A stretch of DNA of 26,246 nucleotides from a virus (lineage: Duplodnaviria > Caudoviricetes), in the IMG/VR virus record IMGVR_UViG_3300030059_001537, positions 1 to 26,246 of that record. One strand, 5' to 3'. The notes under the pieces were generated by a model. The model did not search any database. It had not been told where the DNA came from and worked only from the letters and a program-made list of their open reading frames with translations. The position numbers and the translations under genes were made by a program. Positions 1-9,872 of this stretch are shown one piece after another; positions within the stretch are counted from its first letter, which is position 1; every line of letters begins with the position of its first letter.

Positions 1-1250
1 AATTTACTTTTGTTTAATTGATAATTTAATAATGCAGCATTAGGGCCTGTTTTTTTAACTTGCCTATCTAACTTACTGTTTAGATCATCTTCAATTTCAC
101 TATTTGCTTCATCTTTTAATTTCTGTACATCACTTACTATAGAAACTACACCATTATCCATATTCATTATAATAACATCTCCACCTTGATCTACAGTTTT
201 AGCATCATCTCCATATTTTTCTTTCATGTCAAACAAAGAAGTAGCTAATTTTTTATCTCCTAAAGTTGTAAGGACTTGAACAATACCATTAGGGGTATTT
301 GTCATAGTGTTTTGCAAATCTTCTAATGTTTCATCATATGCAGTGCCAGTACCATCTGAGTTTGGCATATTTCTATAATCTGATATAGTTGTAATTCCTC
401 CATCAGAACCAACTATAGATTGTACGTATTCTCCTAAAGTAGCTACTTGATCTGTTATAGCTCCACCAACATCTACAATAGTAGTGTTGTCACCTTGATA
501 TTGAAATAATTGAGCTAATTGATCTACTCCTATAAAATCAGATCTGTTTTTTGAAATTTCTTCACCATACCCTGAATTTTGTTCAATGTAAGCTTTTATA
601 TCTTCATCCGAAATATCTGAACCCTGTTTATTCTTATCATCTTTGTCGCCCATGCTATAGTTATAATCAGAGCCTTGTCGTAATTTAGTAAGTGCTTTCA
701 TCGCTTCTGCTGGAGTCATTTTATATTTTAACTTAGCTATCTGTATCATCCCATCTTTACCAGAAACTATATTGTGACCTTTTAAACCACCATATCCTTG
801 TAAATAATCATAAACTTGTAGATCTAATGCAGTTGCAGATTGATCATCTATTTTTTTTTGTATTTGTTGAGTCCAAGCACCAATATTTTTTAGTATAGAG
901 CCAGTTGTTTTATATTGTGTTCTTTGATTTGTCTGAAAAATAGAAAAGTCTTCTGTTGAAATTAGACCTTCTTTAGTCATATTATATCTTTCACTTAAAG
1001 TTCTCATTGATTCTTGAGAAGCTTTAATTAGTTTTGCTTGAACATTTAAATCATCTGTTTCAGGAATATTTCCTAATTTTTCTGATGATTGTTGAAATTC
1101 AGTTTTAACAGCTTCTTGTCTGTCTAATTTTCGTTGCCTGGCATCCATTAAAGTTTTGCCAAAATCAAACGCTACATCTCCCCAATTTACTTTATCATTT
1201 TGTCCTTTAGTAGGAGTTAAATCATAATCTGATACAGATCTTTTTGCCAT
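1..1250 (-). CDS. Putative internal virion/ejection (cargo) protein, 3'-truncated by the window edge (not in ORF track)
   Basis: ATG at 1250, 4 nt after the upstream stop. Translates MAKRSVSDYDLTPTKGQNDKVNWGDVAFDFGKTLMDARQRKLDRQEAVKTEFQQ...; the frame appears open to position 1. Helical Q/E/K-rich composition, located right after a gp14/gp7-type ejection gene. Function inferred from position. Confidence 0.7.
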   Translation of the reverse strand, partial: MAKRSVSDYDLTPTKGQNDKVNWGDVAFDFGKTLMDARQRKLDRQEAVKTEFQQSSEKLGNIPETDDLNVQAKLIKASQESMRTLSERYNMTKEGLISTEDFSIFQTNQRTQYKTTGSILKNIGAWTQQIQKKIDDQSATALDLQVYDYLQGYGGLKGHNIVSGKDGMIQIAKLKYKMTPAEAMKALTKLRQGSDYNYSMGDKDDKNKQGSDISDEDIKAYIEQNSGYGEEISKNRSDFIGVDQLAQLFQYQGDNTTIVDVGGAITDQVATLGEYVQSIVGSDGGITTISDYRNMPNSDGTGTAYDETLEDLQNTMTNTPNGIVQVLTTLGDKKLATSLFDMKEKYGDDAKTVDQGGDVIIMNMDNGVVSIVSDVQKLKDEANSEIEDDLNSKLDRQVKKTGPNAALLNYQLNKSK

Positions 1251-1254
1251 TTTT

Positions 1255-2016
1255 TTAGTTTTTTGTAAATACTAATTCTCCGTTTACAACAGTAAAATTA
1301 TAATTTTGTGGATTTTCTTGATACGCATATAAATCATCACTTGATACACTATTCTTTAAAAAAGAAGCAATATCATTTTCAGAAAAGTCATCACTAAACG
1401 TAGAATTAGTAGCGGCATCAGTTGCAATAGCTTTTATAGCGGTAGATTGTTTCCCTGATCCAAAAGTTTTAGATGCATCAGACATTGTAGCTGCTGCTTG
1501 TCCAATACTGCTAACTCCTGCAACTAATGCAGCATTTGCATTTTCTTTTGCGTCTTGAGATTCTTGTGCTGCTTGTTTAGATTGACCTAATCCCATACTA
1601 ATTAATTCTTGATTAATGTCATCTTTTGCTTCAGCTTTCATTTTCCTGTTGGTATATAGCTCTTTTGCTAAACCTACCCTGTTTGTTTCCGCTGCTTTTG
1701 AAGCTACTTGTCCAACAGCTCCTATACCAGCTGCTAAGTTTCTTGGATCACCCTCTGCAAGTGCTTGAACTGACATAACTTGTGATAAAGTATTTTCATT
1801 AGCTTGATTTTCATAAGCATCTAATGCAGGATTTAATCCTTCAAAATAGTTTTTTTGTAGATTTAACTTTGCTTCTTGCAATAGTTTTGCAGATCTTGCT
1901 TTTGCTTCTGCTTCTTGTTTTCTTGCTTTAGATGCTGATCCAAAAGACATTCCTGCACTTGTTAAAGCACCTACTGCTGCTACTCCTGCTAATATTATTG
2001 ATGCTGCGCCTGCCAT
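1255..2016 (-). CDS. Putative small ejection/internal virion protein (T7 gp14/P22 gp7-like architecture)
   Basis: N-terminal hydrophobic Gly/Ala stretch (MAGAASIILAGVAAVGALTSAGMSFGS), then a charged coiled-coil and further Gly/Ala-rich segments. Lies downstream of the tail genes. Confidence 0.65.
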   Translation of the reverse strand: MAGAASIILAGVAAVGALTSAGMSFGSASKARKQEAEAKARSAKLLQEAKLNLQKNYFEGLNPALDAYENQANENTLSQVMSVQALAEGDPRNLAAGIGAVGQVASKAAETNRVGLAKELYTNRKMKAEAKDDINQELISMGLGQSKQAAQESQDAKENANAALVAGVSSIGQAAATMSDASKTFGSGKQSTAIKAIATDAATNSTFSDDFSENDIASFLKNSVSSDDLYAYQENPQNYNFTVVNGELVFTKN

Positions 2017-2528
2017 AATTTTTTTGTTTTACTAATTAATTCTTCTGGTAATTCTGTAAATTTATCTACATAAACATCAGATTCTGCTTCTTCAAAAGTT
2101 TTAGCATCCGTTTTATAAACACAACACCATTCACTATCTTTATGAACATAAAAAACTCTTTGAGTTCCTTTTTGCGTAAACACAGTTGATGGTGCTTTTA
2201 TTTTCTTTATTTCTCCTTCATCAGTTAAATATGATAACTCACCTTTTAATAAAAAAGAAGGATGTTGTTGTTTGTGTATCATACTTACAATAACTGCTCC
2301 CTTAGGCATAAATAACTCTCTTGTATATAAACCACCTTCCAGAGTTTGTTTTAAAGGTGTATAATATTCTTCTATTTCAGTTCTTTCTTCTCCTGCTTTA
2401 TGAACTATAACACCTTCTACTTTATTTACTTGTTCTTGAAACTCAGCTATTTTTTCCCACATCATACCTCGTCTATTAGATATTTCACCTAATACCGCTT
2501 TAGCTATTGCAGTTTCATTTTGTTTCAT
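1995..2528 (-). CDS. Cupin-fold (RmlC-like) phage protein
   Basis: GLYTRELFMPKGAVIVSMIHKQQHPSFLLKGEL...APSTVFTQKGTQRVFYVHKDSEW fits a cupin beta-barrel pattern with an HxxxH motif. Start moved from the track's TTG (2546), which overlaps a promoter box, to the ATG at 2528. The 3' end overlaps the next gene by 22 nt. Confidence 0.65.
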   Translation of the reverse strand: MKQNETAIAKAVLGEISNRRGMMWEKIAEFQEQVNKVEGVIVHKAGEERTEIEEYYTPLKQTLEGGLYTRELFMPKGAVIVSMIHKQQHPSFLLKGELSYLTDEGEIKKIKAPSTVFTQKGTQRVFYVHKDSEWCCVYKTDAKTFEEAESDVYVDKFTELPEELISKTKKLWQAQHQ

Positions 2529-2543
2529 TAATGTAAATTTAAT

Positions 2544-2551
2544 CAAAGATA
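2544..2551 (-). promoter_or_regulatory. Bacteroidota-type -7 promoter box TATCTTTG
   Basis: Minus strand TTTTTTG-TATCTTTG-ATT in the gap upstream of the cupin ATG. Matches the TAnnTTTG consensus. No clear -33 TTTG. Confidence 0.7.
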
Positions 2552-2559
2552 CAAAAAAT

Positions 2560-3390
2560 CTATGGAAAACTTTTCATTACACTTCCAGACACAGCAAATA
2601 ACTCTACTGGAACTGTAGCTATACTTCTTAATTTAAATTGTAAGTAATATCCTCTTGCTCCGTAAGATTCAGCAACGCTATCTTTATAGTATAATATTAA
2701 TCTTCCAACTGTAGGGTTAATTTGAGAACCACCAGCAACAGTGTTATTTACTGTAATACTAAATGCGCCTACAACATTACTAATAGCTGTTATACTACCT
2801 ATAGGAATAGGGTTGTTAGCAGCAGACATTTCATAAGCAACATCCCCAATACTTAAAATGTATCCTGGAGGTGTAGCAAAAGTAATTACACACACAGCAG
2901 TTCCTGCACCTGTTATAGTTACGCTATCTGCAAGTCCATGAGCTGACCTTAATCTCCAATTAACTTGGTCTTCTAAAGATCTAATGTAAGCAAACCATTC
3001 TCCTTCTTTTTCTGCAAACATATCTCCTGTCATTACTGGAACTATTCCTGCTCCTGGAACACGTAAATCTGTATCTAAAGCCATAACATCCCATCTTGCA
3101 ACACTGGAACTATATAAAGCTATATCAGTATTTGATTCATAAGACAAAGTTTTATATAATTTTATTTCAAGAGGTTTTTGATTTAAAACACCTGTAATAG
3201 TAGAATTATATTGTTGACCATAAAAACGATTTCTGGTTGAATTTGTGTTATGTCTCCAAATATTTCCTCCATTAAAAGTATACAAATAACTATTCATTCC
3301 TCTAATAAATTCAGGGAAATAAGAATAAAACGATGGCCATCCTTTAGATGAAGGATTATAGGTTAAGGTTGCATTTGGTTCTATTGGCAT
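2560..3390 (-). CDS. Tail protein resembling the C-terminal part of P22 gp10/crAss muzzle-like stabilization proteins
   Basis: TLTYNPSSKGWPSFYSYFPE...YTFNGGNIWRHN...RNRFYG...NQKPLEIKLYKTLSYES...EKEGEWFAYI...GARGYYLQFKL...VELFAV resembles the recalled C-terminal propeller/closing region of such proteins. Confidence 0.6.
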   Translation of the reverse strand: MPIEPNATLTYNPSSKGWPSFYSYFPEFIRGMNSYLYTFNGGNIWRHNTNSTRNRFYGQQYNSTITGVLNQKPLEIKLYKTLSYESNTDIALYSSSVARWDVMALDTDLRVPGAGIVPVMTGDMFAEKEGEWFAYIRSLEDQVNWRLRSAHGLADSVTITGAGTAVCVITFATPPGYILSIGDVAYEMSAANNPIPIGSITAISNVVGAFSITVNNTVAGGSQINPTVGRLILYYKDSVAESYGARGYYLQFKLRSIATVPVELFAVSGSVMKSFP

Positions 3391-3399
3391 AATTAAATT

Positions 3400-4773
3400 T
3401 TAAGGTGTTACACATGCTGTTCCAGCACATTGTTTTATATCCGCTACAACATTACCTGTTGTAATTCGCATTTGTCTGTAAGTACCTGAGGCTGTATTTG
3501 TGCTTGTTGCTGCATACGCATACCATCCGTTAGTTATTGTAGCTCCTGTAAATACATCTCCTACTTGAAGAGACACATAAGAATCACAAGTTGTTGTTTG
3601 TCTTGAACTTGGTATTGTTCTGTTTGTACCATCACAAAAAGCTTCACAAGTTGCTTGTACTCCTGATATAAATATATTGTTTAAACAATTTGGGCAATTA
3701 TCTATAAATATAACAATCCCATCAGATGATACACGAATATAATTTTGTGTTGTTGCACCATTAATAAGGTTATTAATACTATAAAATCCTGCTGCTAATG
3801 GGTTTACACCATAAGCATCTGTAAAAACCCAATCATGTAATCCTACTTGAGTAGCTGGTGTTGGAGCAATTGCTCCACCTTGACCAACAGGTCTTAATGA
3901 ATTACCTTTTGTATTAATTCCTGCATTATAAAATGTGTTAGGTTTTGCTTCATCACACACAGCTAATTCACTTGCACCTACATTAGAAGCTGAAAATGAG
4001 TTTAATAGTGCAGGGCATAAAACTTCAAACGAAAAAGTAGAACTTACACATGGTGCGATTACTTCTATAGAAACTGTTGTAGCTGTTGCTGATACTGGAA
4101 CAGGAACAACCATAGTAGAGTTAAAAGGAGCATAACCTATAAGAGGTACAGTACTTGCACCACATACTTGTAAAGTTTGTTCTCCAGAATTATTTCCTTG
4201 CCATGAAGGAATATTTCCTGTAATTCCAGGCACTTGTTGAAATGCACCATTAGTAAAATCATAAATATCAACATTACTAAATGAGTTACCATTAGACCCT
4301 GAAGCGACTGTTAAGCCTCCAGCTCCTAATACTGTCACATTACAGTCTTGACAACACACACATGCATCAGGAGAGCCTATATAGCCTTGTGAGTACCCTC
4401 CTAAATAAGAAGAGTATTCTGAAGCACTTTGCCCATCAAAAGTCCAAGTCATTTTGCTTGGCACAGGGTTTTGAGCAGTTGCTCCTATTCCTGGATTAAA
4501 TGTAATAATTGCAGCTCCAGTAGAAATTCCAAATTCAAATGTAGCTCTATAAATTCCGCTTTGACCTGAGGCTGTTATTGGTGAGCCACAAGGTATTTGA
4601 CAATCTGGACAAGATACTGCTGCACCTAAAACTCCATTTACCATTTGTCTATAAACACCATTTTGAGAATACCATCCGTCAGCTGCCACTGTTGTTAATG
4701 CAGCTGTGGTATATATATTTTCACACGATATAAAATTTAATCCATCAAAAAAGAATTGAGTATAAGTTGCCAT
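3400..4773 (-). CDS. Cys-rich modular virion protein (putative tail-tip/receptor-binding appendage)
   Basis: 457 aa, T/G/S/A-rich, about 19 Cys including CPDC, CVCCQDC and CPNC. Internal repeats are shared with the C-terminus of the upstream 1695-aa protein. Confidence 0.6.
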   Translation of the reverse strand: MATYTQFFFDGLNFISCENIYTTAALTTVAADGWYSQNGVYRQMVNGVLGAAVSCPDCQIPCGSPITASGQSGIYRATFEFGISTGAAIITFNPGIGATAQNPVPSKMTWTFDGQSASEYSSYLGGYSQGYIGSPDACVCCQDCNVTVLGAGGLTVASGSNGNSFSNVDIYDFTNGAFQQVPGITGNIPSWQGNNSGEQTLQVCGASTVPLIGYAPFNSTMVVPVPVSATATTVSIEVIAPCVSSTFSFEVLCPALLNSFSASNVGASELAVCDEAKPNTFYNAGINTKGNSLRPVGQGGAIAPTPATQVGLHDWVFTDAYGVNPLAAGFYSINNLINGATTQNYIRVSSDGIVIFIDNCPNCLNNIFISGVQATCEAFCDGTNRTIPSSRQTTTCDSYVSLQVGDVFTGATITNGWYAYAATSTNTASGTYRQMRITTGNVVADIKQCAGTACVTP

Positions 4774-4783
4774 ATTGTTTAAT

Positions 4784-7700
4784 TTAACAATTAATTATAT
4801 TTGTTATTACACCCAAATTATTTACAATCATATATCGAGCTAATGCAGAACCTGATTGAGTAAAGCCATAATATCCTGCTGTTGCAGTATTTTCAGGGCC
4901 ACATCCTAAAGCTGTAAATAATAAATCTCCTATTACTGGATTAGCTCCTTGACCAATAAAATAATAAGTTATACTTTTTAACAAATTACAAGCTGAAGTT
5001 GGATTAGTTTGAGGTTCTGTCATATTTATTGCAATACATGGTATTACACAATTACAACAAGCATCTACAGGTGAAAGTGAACTGTAACATAAAAATTGAT
5101 CACTTACTGTTTGTAAATCATATATAATATATAAAAATTGATTTCCTATAGGGATACTTGCGTTATTTTGAATACCTCTAAACACATTAGTTGTACCTAC
5201 TTGAGTTACTGTTAATGTATTTAATGATTGTAATAATAAATTATTTATACCTTCTGGCGTATTTCCGTATGCTACATTAGATGAATACCATCTTAATTTA
5301 TCTGAATTTATATCAAAATCATAATTATCAGGAGCAATTTTATTTGTTTGCACTACTAAATTTGCACCATCATATGGAAAATAACCAATAGATCTCACTC
5401 CTTGTTCAGAATAATATAATGAAGCTACAGTTGGATCTGAATTGAAAACCATCTGATTATTTAAAAGAGGTGATTCTGTTGTTGCATTAGTCCATCCTAC
5501 CATACAATGAATTAATTTACCAACATCTTCAGAAGCATTTATACCTACTTGAACTAATGTTAATGTTTGTTCAGTAGGACATATAACTACAAGTTCATAA
5601 TTTAAAATTCCATTAGGAACTATCTCTATACTTACTGTAGTAGGAGATGATGTCGTTTTATCAATAGTAATAGTATAAACTCCATTTCCACTTGATGTAA
5701 TACTTTGTGATATTTGATTCCATACAGCTGTAACTGTTCCATTACCACCAAATACAGTAAATTGTACTAATACTATTCCTATAACATCTCCAACATCCAC
5801 AGTATAACTTACTGTTCCTTTACATTGTATATCTGATAATATTGTACCACATGGTACTGGAGGGTCTGGGAAAGGAACTTTTATATCATTTGTACTTAAT
5901 ACATACTCATTCATATAAGGATCAAATCCTCCTAATTTTTGAGTTAGTAATTGTTCAAAAAATTGATCTCTAAACCAAGAACGCATACCTTCATTAGATA
6001 TAACTGTTAATTGATCATTTCCTGGAGCTGAACCTGTTAATTTTATTACAGCACCTCTTTTTGTATCTGTAAAATACATATCAAAACCCCAAACTGAAAA
6101 GCTTTCTGGATTAAAACTATTACCGTATTCTTCAATTCTGGCTACTTGTTCTCCTAAAACTTGAGGCACAGAAGTTACTGTACCACCACCTATCGCATCT
6201 GTAAGTATGTTTTTTCCTGCTAATACATAAGATATTCTATCTTCTTGTAAAACTAAAATATCTGTACGTCTTGCATGTAAAACTTGTATTTCTCCAAATG
6301 AAGTTTCGCAATCTTTAAAATTAACTAATCCTAAATTAAATTCATTTAAATTATTCTGATTAGATTCTCCACTAAATATTCCACTATATGTTAATCCAGC
6401 AAATCTATTGGCTTCTTTAAAATCTTGATTTGACACAGCTAATACTCGTTCTCCTAAATTCATTGACATTCCTTCAAGTCTGTCTAAAATTTTAAAACTT
6501 TCTACTCCATTACCAAAACTGTAACAATTAATAAAAGGCAAAGTTAATACAGATGGTTCACCTGCAGCAGTTTGATTTTGATCCGTATTGTTTGTGTTTC
6601 TTATAATTACATATGTATCTCCTACTACAAGAAAAATGTTTGCTGATATAGTTAAAAGAATATTAGAATTTACTACAGTAACCCCAGCTGTTAAACCTGT
6701 GGTTGTGTTATAAATAAAATCTCCAACTTGAATAGTTACAGAAAATATACCTGCACTATCATTTAACTGATTTGCTCCTAAACTTGTTATAGTACCATTA
6801 GAAACCTCATTACCTGAAGCATGTTGTCCATTTATTATAGGATAACTTGTAGAAGCATCATAAAATAATTCTGAATTAGCTTCTCTTGCTTCTGTTTCAA
6901 AAACTAATAATCCACTGCCTTGTACTACTTCTACTGTTAAAACTGATCGTGCTGCTCTTTTAGCAGTTCCACTAAGACCTTGTCTAAATTGTAAAAAAAG
7001 AGGTGATCCAGCAACTGTACTATCTGTAGCTGCAAATTGAACATTACCAAACCAACCTTGTTGTTCGCAATTTCCGTTTGCACCTAAAGACATTGGTTGA
7101 GCTGTATCTCTACAAGGAGGTACATATATAGGCGCAAGTGTACAAGTCATGCCAGCCTGAACCTCAAATGTTGCTACTTCCGATTTAAAAAACACATCAT
7201 TATAATTTCCACTTGCAGTGTTTACTCCTGAACCTAAATCTGGCTGAGATGCTTGCCACCATTTGTGTAAATCAAGAAAGTTTTGTGAAGCTGTAAAAGT
7301 TTGAGAATAATTATATTCAACAGGTTCTGTACCACTACCACCTTCACCTCTCCAAACTCTTAATGTAATAGTAATTTGTGAACCTGCATTAATAGGTATA
7401 TTTGTAATCAAACCTACATTACCCCCTTGTGTATACTCTGAATCATAGAACCACTTTTGAGTTGAAACTTTAGTACAAGAAGCTCCGCTATTTGTTATAG
7501 TAAATTTAGAATCACTCCAAAAATTAGGAATAACATCATCTGATACTCTCCACAAATTTGGTATAACATTTATATAATATCCTGCTGGACTTTTAACAGT
7601 TGAATCAGCTGGATCTGGTCGAGGATCAATAAAGTTTATACCTTGAGCTTCAGCTGCTAATATTTCAGTTTTAATTTCTTGATTTGTTGCTCCATCAGCA

Positions 7701-9871
7701 TCTACTTTTACTATTAAAACATCTCCATTTTTTACTTTTTCAGAATTGTCTCCACGCAATAAAAGCCAAACGCTTCCATCAAGTGCTTTTACAAAATAAT
7801 TAGAATAAATTGTTTCATAATTAGTAGCACTTGGTTTCATAACATATTTCCATCTTTTTGCCCAAGATGGTGGTGAGCTAAATAATTCTACTTGAATAGA
7901 GTTTAATAAATCTGAATCAGCTGGAGGTATAAATTCTGTGTTAAATTGAGATACTAAAACTGTAGAAGCTCTTGCATATTCATCCATATAAACTAATCCT
8001 ACTTCATAATCTCTATTACTATGTAAACTACCTTGATTTATTACATTTGTAAAATCCGCATTAGCATCAATAATAGTAAAATATTCAAAACTGTGAATAG
8101 TAAATCCAGTTCCAACATTATTAAAAACATATTCCATTGCAATAAGTTGCAAAGAAAATTCCGTTCCTGAAGCTGTAGAAGGAGGTGTTATAAGAATACC
8201 TTGTAAATTTCCAGAACTATTAATAGAACTATTTGTTTTAACGTAAGCAGTAGGAGCAATTGTTAATGAATTAAAACTATCTGTTAATGAAAAACCATCT
8301 GCTGAAGTTAATAAAGGTTCAAAATTTGCTCCTGTTGCTGGTGGTGCAATTGTACCTATAGCTTTTGCAAAATCTGTAGAGGCAACAAAATCTGATACAG
8401 CTGATGTTCCTGTATAACTTTCTGTTAAATCTACAAAACATTCGATTTCAAATGAAGTTACAACATTACTTTGTTCCCATCCTGTACATCCATTAGAAGG
8501 AGTATTATCAGATGTACACTGAGTTCTTGCACCTGTAGTATTGTTTTCCGCATATGCTTGTACTACAATTGTTTGAATTGTTAATGATAAAACAAATTGT
8601 GAACCTGATAAAAGTTTGTCTGCAATTGTTGCTAAATCAAACGTAGCAACACATTGTTGTATTGCAGTTGTAGAAACTGTAAAGTTTATTTGATAAGGTA
8701 TTCCGTTGCTTAAAACTGGAAAAGGAAGTCGAAATAAACCAACAGGAACTGATATAGTTTTAAGATAATATTCAATATCTAATATTTGTCCTCCTGCATT
8801 TGTTATATTGTATCCATCTACATAATTACCATAAACTAATCTATTAGCCATGATAGTTTGAGCTTTTGCTATTCTTGGCACATTATCATACAACCTTAAA
8901 ATCTCATCACTTCCTAAAACTGTATAAATTTTACTATTAGAAAAAGTTATTGTATGTGTTGTGTTATCTGGCCAACCTTGGTTAAGCTTATCAAATCTTT
9001 CTATTAAAAATATTGTTGTACTGTTACTAAATTTATATAAAACATCAATTGCAATAACACGTTTTGAACCAGTGTTAAATGAAACTTCAGCTCCATTAAA
9101 TTTATTTTGCATTGAACCATTATAAAAATTTGAATAATCAAATTCAAAAGGCCCTGGTTGAAAAGCAGGTGTAGTAAATAAAGAAGTTGCACTGTATTCT
9201 TGATCTTCGTAACGATATCTATAAGCAAAACTTATAAACTTATCTTCTAAATAATTTTCTTCATTAGGTATTCTTATTAATCTAATAAGTGGAGCAGTAA
9301 TTGTATCTAATACTTGAAAGCCTGGTGGCTTTCTAACAACACTAATATCTTCTTCTACTATTATATCTATTCCAGCAACTGGTGTTGGATAATTACGTCT
9401 TACATCTATTTTTCTTGGAGGATTTTTATCGTCTGTCCAAAATAACAAATTGTCTATTAAATCAACTCCTGTTATTAAAAATTTTTCATCAAAATTTAAA
9501 ACACTTGTACTTTCAACATGATAGTTGACTATATTAGTAATTGTGTTTAAAGAAACAACTAAATCTACTATTCCTGTAACACCTGATTGTGGATGCGCAG
9601 GATCATGAACAAACCAATACATAGTTTCATTCATTCCATCATCATATGCCCCTATACATCTTGCTTGAGAAGATAGTAATATTGAAGCAAAACGCAACTC
9701 AGTAAGTTGATCATTTCCTTTACTATTTTCAACAGCACCTACTTCAGTAGTCTCTGTAGCTCCTAAACGTACATTTAATGCATCAATGTATTCGCCTTGA
9801 GGTACAAGACGTTCATCAATACTTTTGTTCATTCTACCTTTTACAAAGGTAGCTACGCTTTTTACATCCAT
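4784..9871 (-). CDS. Large tail stabilization/muzzle-like protein (P22 gp10-related beta-propeller) with insertions and a C-terminal extension
   Basis: Recognisable motifs GRMNKSIDERLVPQGEYIDALNVR, LLFWTDDKNPPRKI, FAYRYRYED, RLYDNVPRIAKAQTIMANRLVYGNY, NCYSFGNGVES, LVLQEDRIS, YFTDTKRGAVIKL and GGFDPY. Follows two ring-type genes. Confidence 0.75.
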   Translation of the reverse strand: MDVKSVATFVKGRMNKSIDERLVPQGEYIDALNVRLGATETTEVGAVENSKGNDQLTELRFASILLSSQARCIGAYDDGMNETMYWFVHDPAHPQSGVTGIVDLVVSLNTITNIVNYHVESTSVLNFDEKFLITGVDLIDNLLFWTDDKNPPRKIDVRRNYPTPVAGIDIIVEEDISVVRKPPGFQVLDTITAPLIRLIRIPNEENYLEDKFISFAYRYRYEDQEYSATSLFTTPAFQPGPFEFDYSNFYNGSMQNKFNGAEVSFNTGSKRVIAIDVLYKFSNSTTIFLIERFDKLNQGWPDNTTHTITFSNSKIYTVLGSDEILRLYDNVPRIAKAQTIMANRLVYGNYVDGYNITNAGGQILDIEYYLKTISVPVGLFRLPFPVLSNGIPYQINFTVSTTAIQQCVATFDLATIADKLLSGSQFVLSLTIQTIVVQAYAENNTTGARTQCTSDNTPSNGCTGWEQSNVVTSFEIECFVDLTESYTGTSAVSDFVASTDFAKAIGTIAPPATGANFEPLLTSADGFSLTDSFNSLTIAPTAYVKTNSSINSSGNLQGILITPPSTASGTEFSLQLIAMEYVFNNVGTGFTIHSFEYFTIIDANADFTNVINQGSLHSNRDYEVGLVYMDEYARASTVLVSQFNTEFIPPADSDLLNSIQVELFSSPPSWAKRWKYVMKPSATNYETIYSNYFVKALDGSVWLLLRGDNSEKVKNGDVLIVKVDADGATNQEIKTEILAAEAQGINFIDPRPDPADSTVKSPAGYYINVIPNLWRVSDDVIPNFWSDSKFTITNSGASCTKVSTQKWFYDSEYTQGGNVGLITNIPINAGSQITITLRVWRGEGGSGTEPVEYNYSQTFTASQNFLDLHKWWQASQPDLGSGVNTASGNYNDVFFKSEVATFEVQAGMTCTLAPIYVPPCRDTAQPMSLGANGNCEQQGWFGNVQFAATDSTVAGSPLFLQFRQGLSGTAKRAARSVLTVEVVQGSGLLVFETEAREANSELFYDASTSYPIINGQHASGNEVSNGTITSLGANQLNDSAGIFSVTIQVGDFIYNTTTGLTAGVTVVNSNILLTISANIFLVVGDTYVIIRNTNNTDQNQTAAGEPSVLTLPFINCYSFGNGVESFKILDRLEGMSMNLGERVLAVSNQDFKEANRFAGLTYSGIFSGESNQNNLNEFNLGLVNFKDCETSFGEIQVLHARRTDILVLQEDRISYVLAGKNILTDAIGGGTVTSVPQVLGEQVARIEEYGNSFNPESFSVWGFDMYFTDTKRGAVIKLTGSAPGNDQLTVISNEGMRSWFRDQFFEQLLTQKLGGFDPYMNEYVLSTNDIKVPFPDPPVPCGTILSDIQCKGTVSYTVDVGDVIGIVLVQFTVFGGNGTVTAVWNQISQSITSSGNGVYTITIDKTTSSPTTVSIEIVPNGILNYELVVICPTEQTLTLVQVGINASEDVGKLIHCMVGWTNATTESPLLNNQMVFNSDPTVASLYYSEQGVRSIGYFPYDGANLVVQTNKIAPDNYDFDINSDKLRWYSSNVAYGNTPEGINNLLLQSLNTLTVTQVGTTNVFRGIQNNASIPIGNQFLYIIYDLQTVSDQFLCYSSLSPVDACCNCVIPCIAINMTEPQTNPTSACNLLKSITYYFIGQGANPVIGDLLFTALGCGPENTATAGYYGFTQSGSALARYMIVNNLGVITNIINC

Positions 9872-9872
9872 A

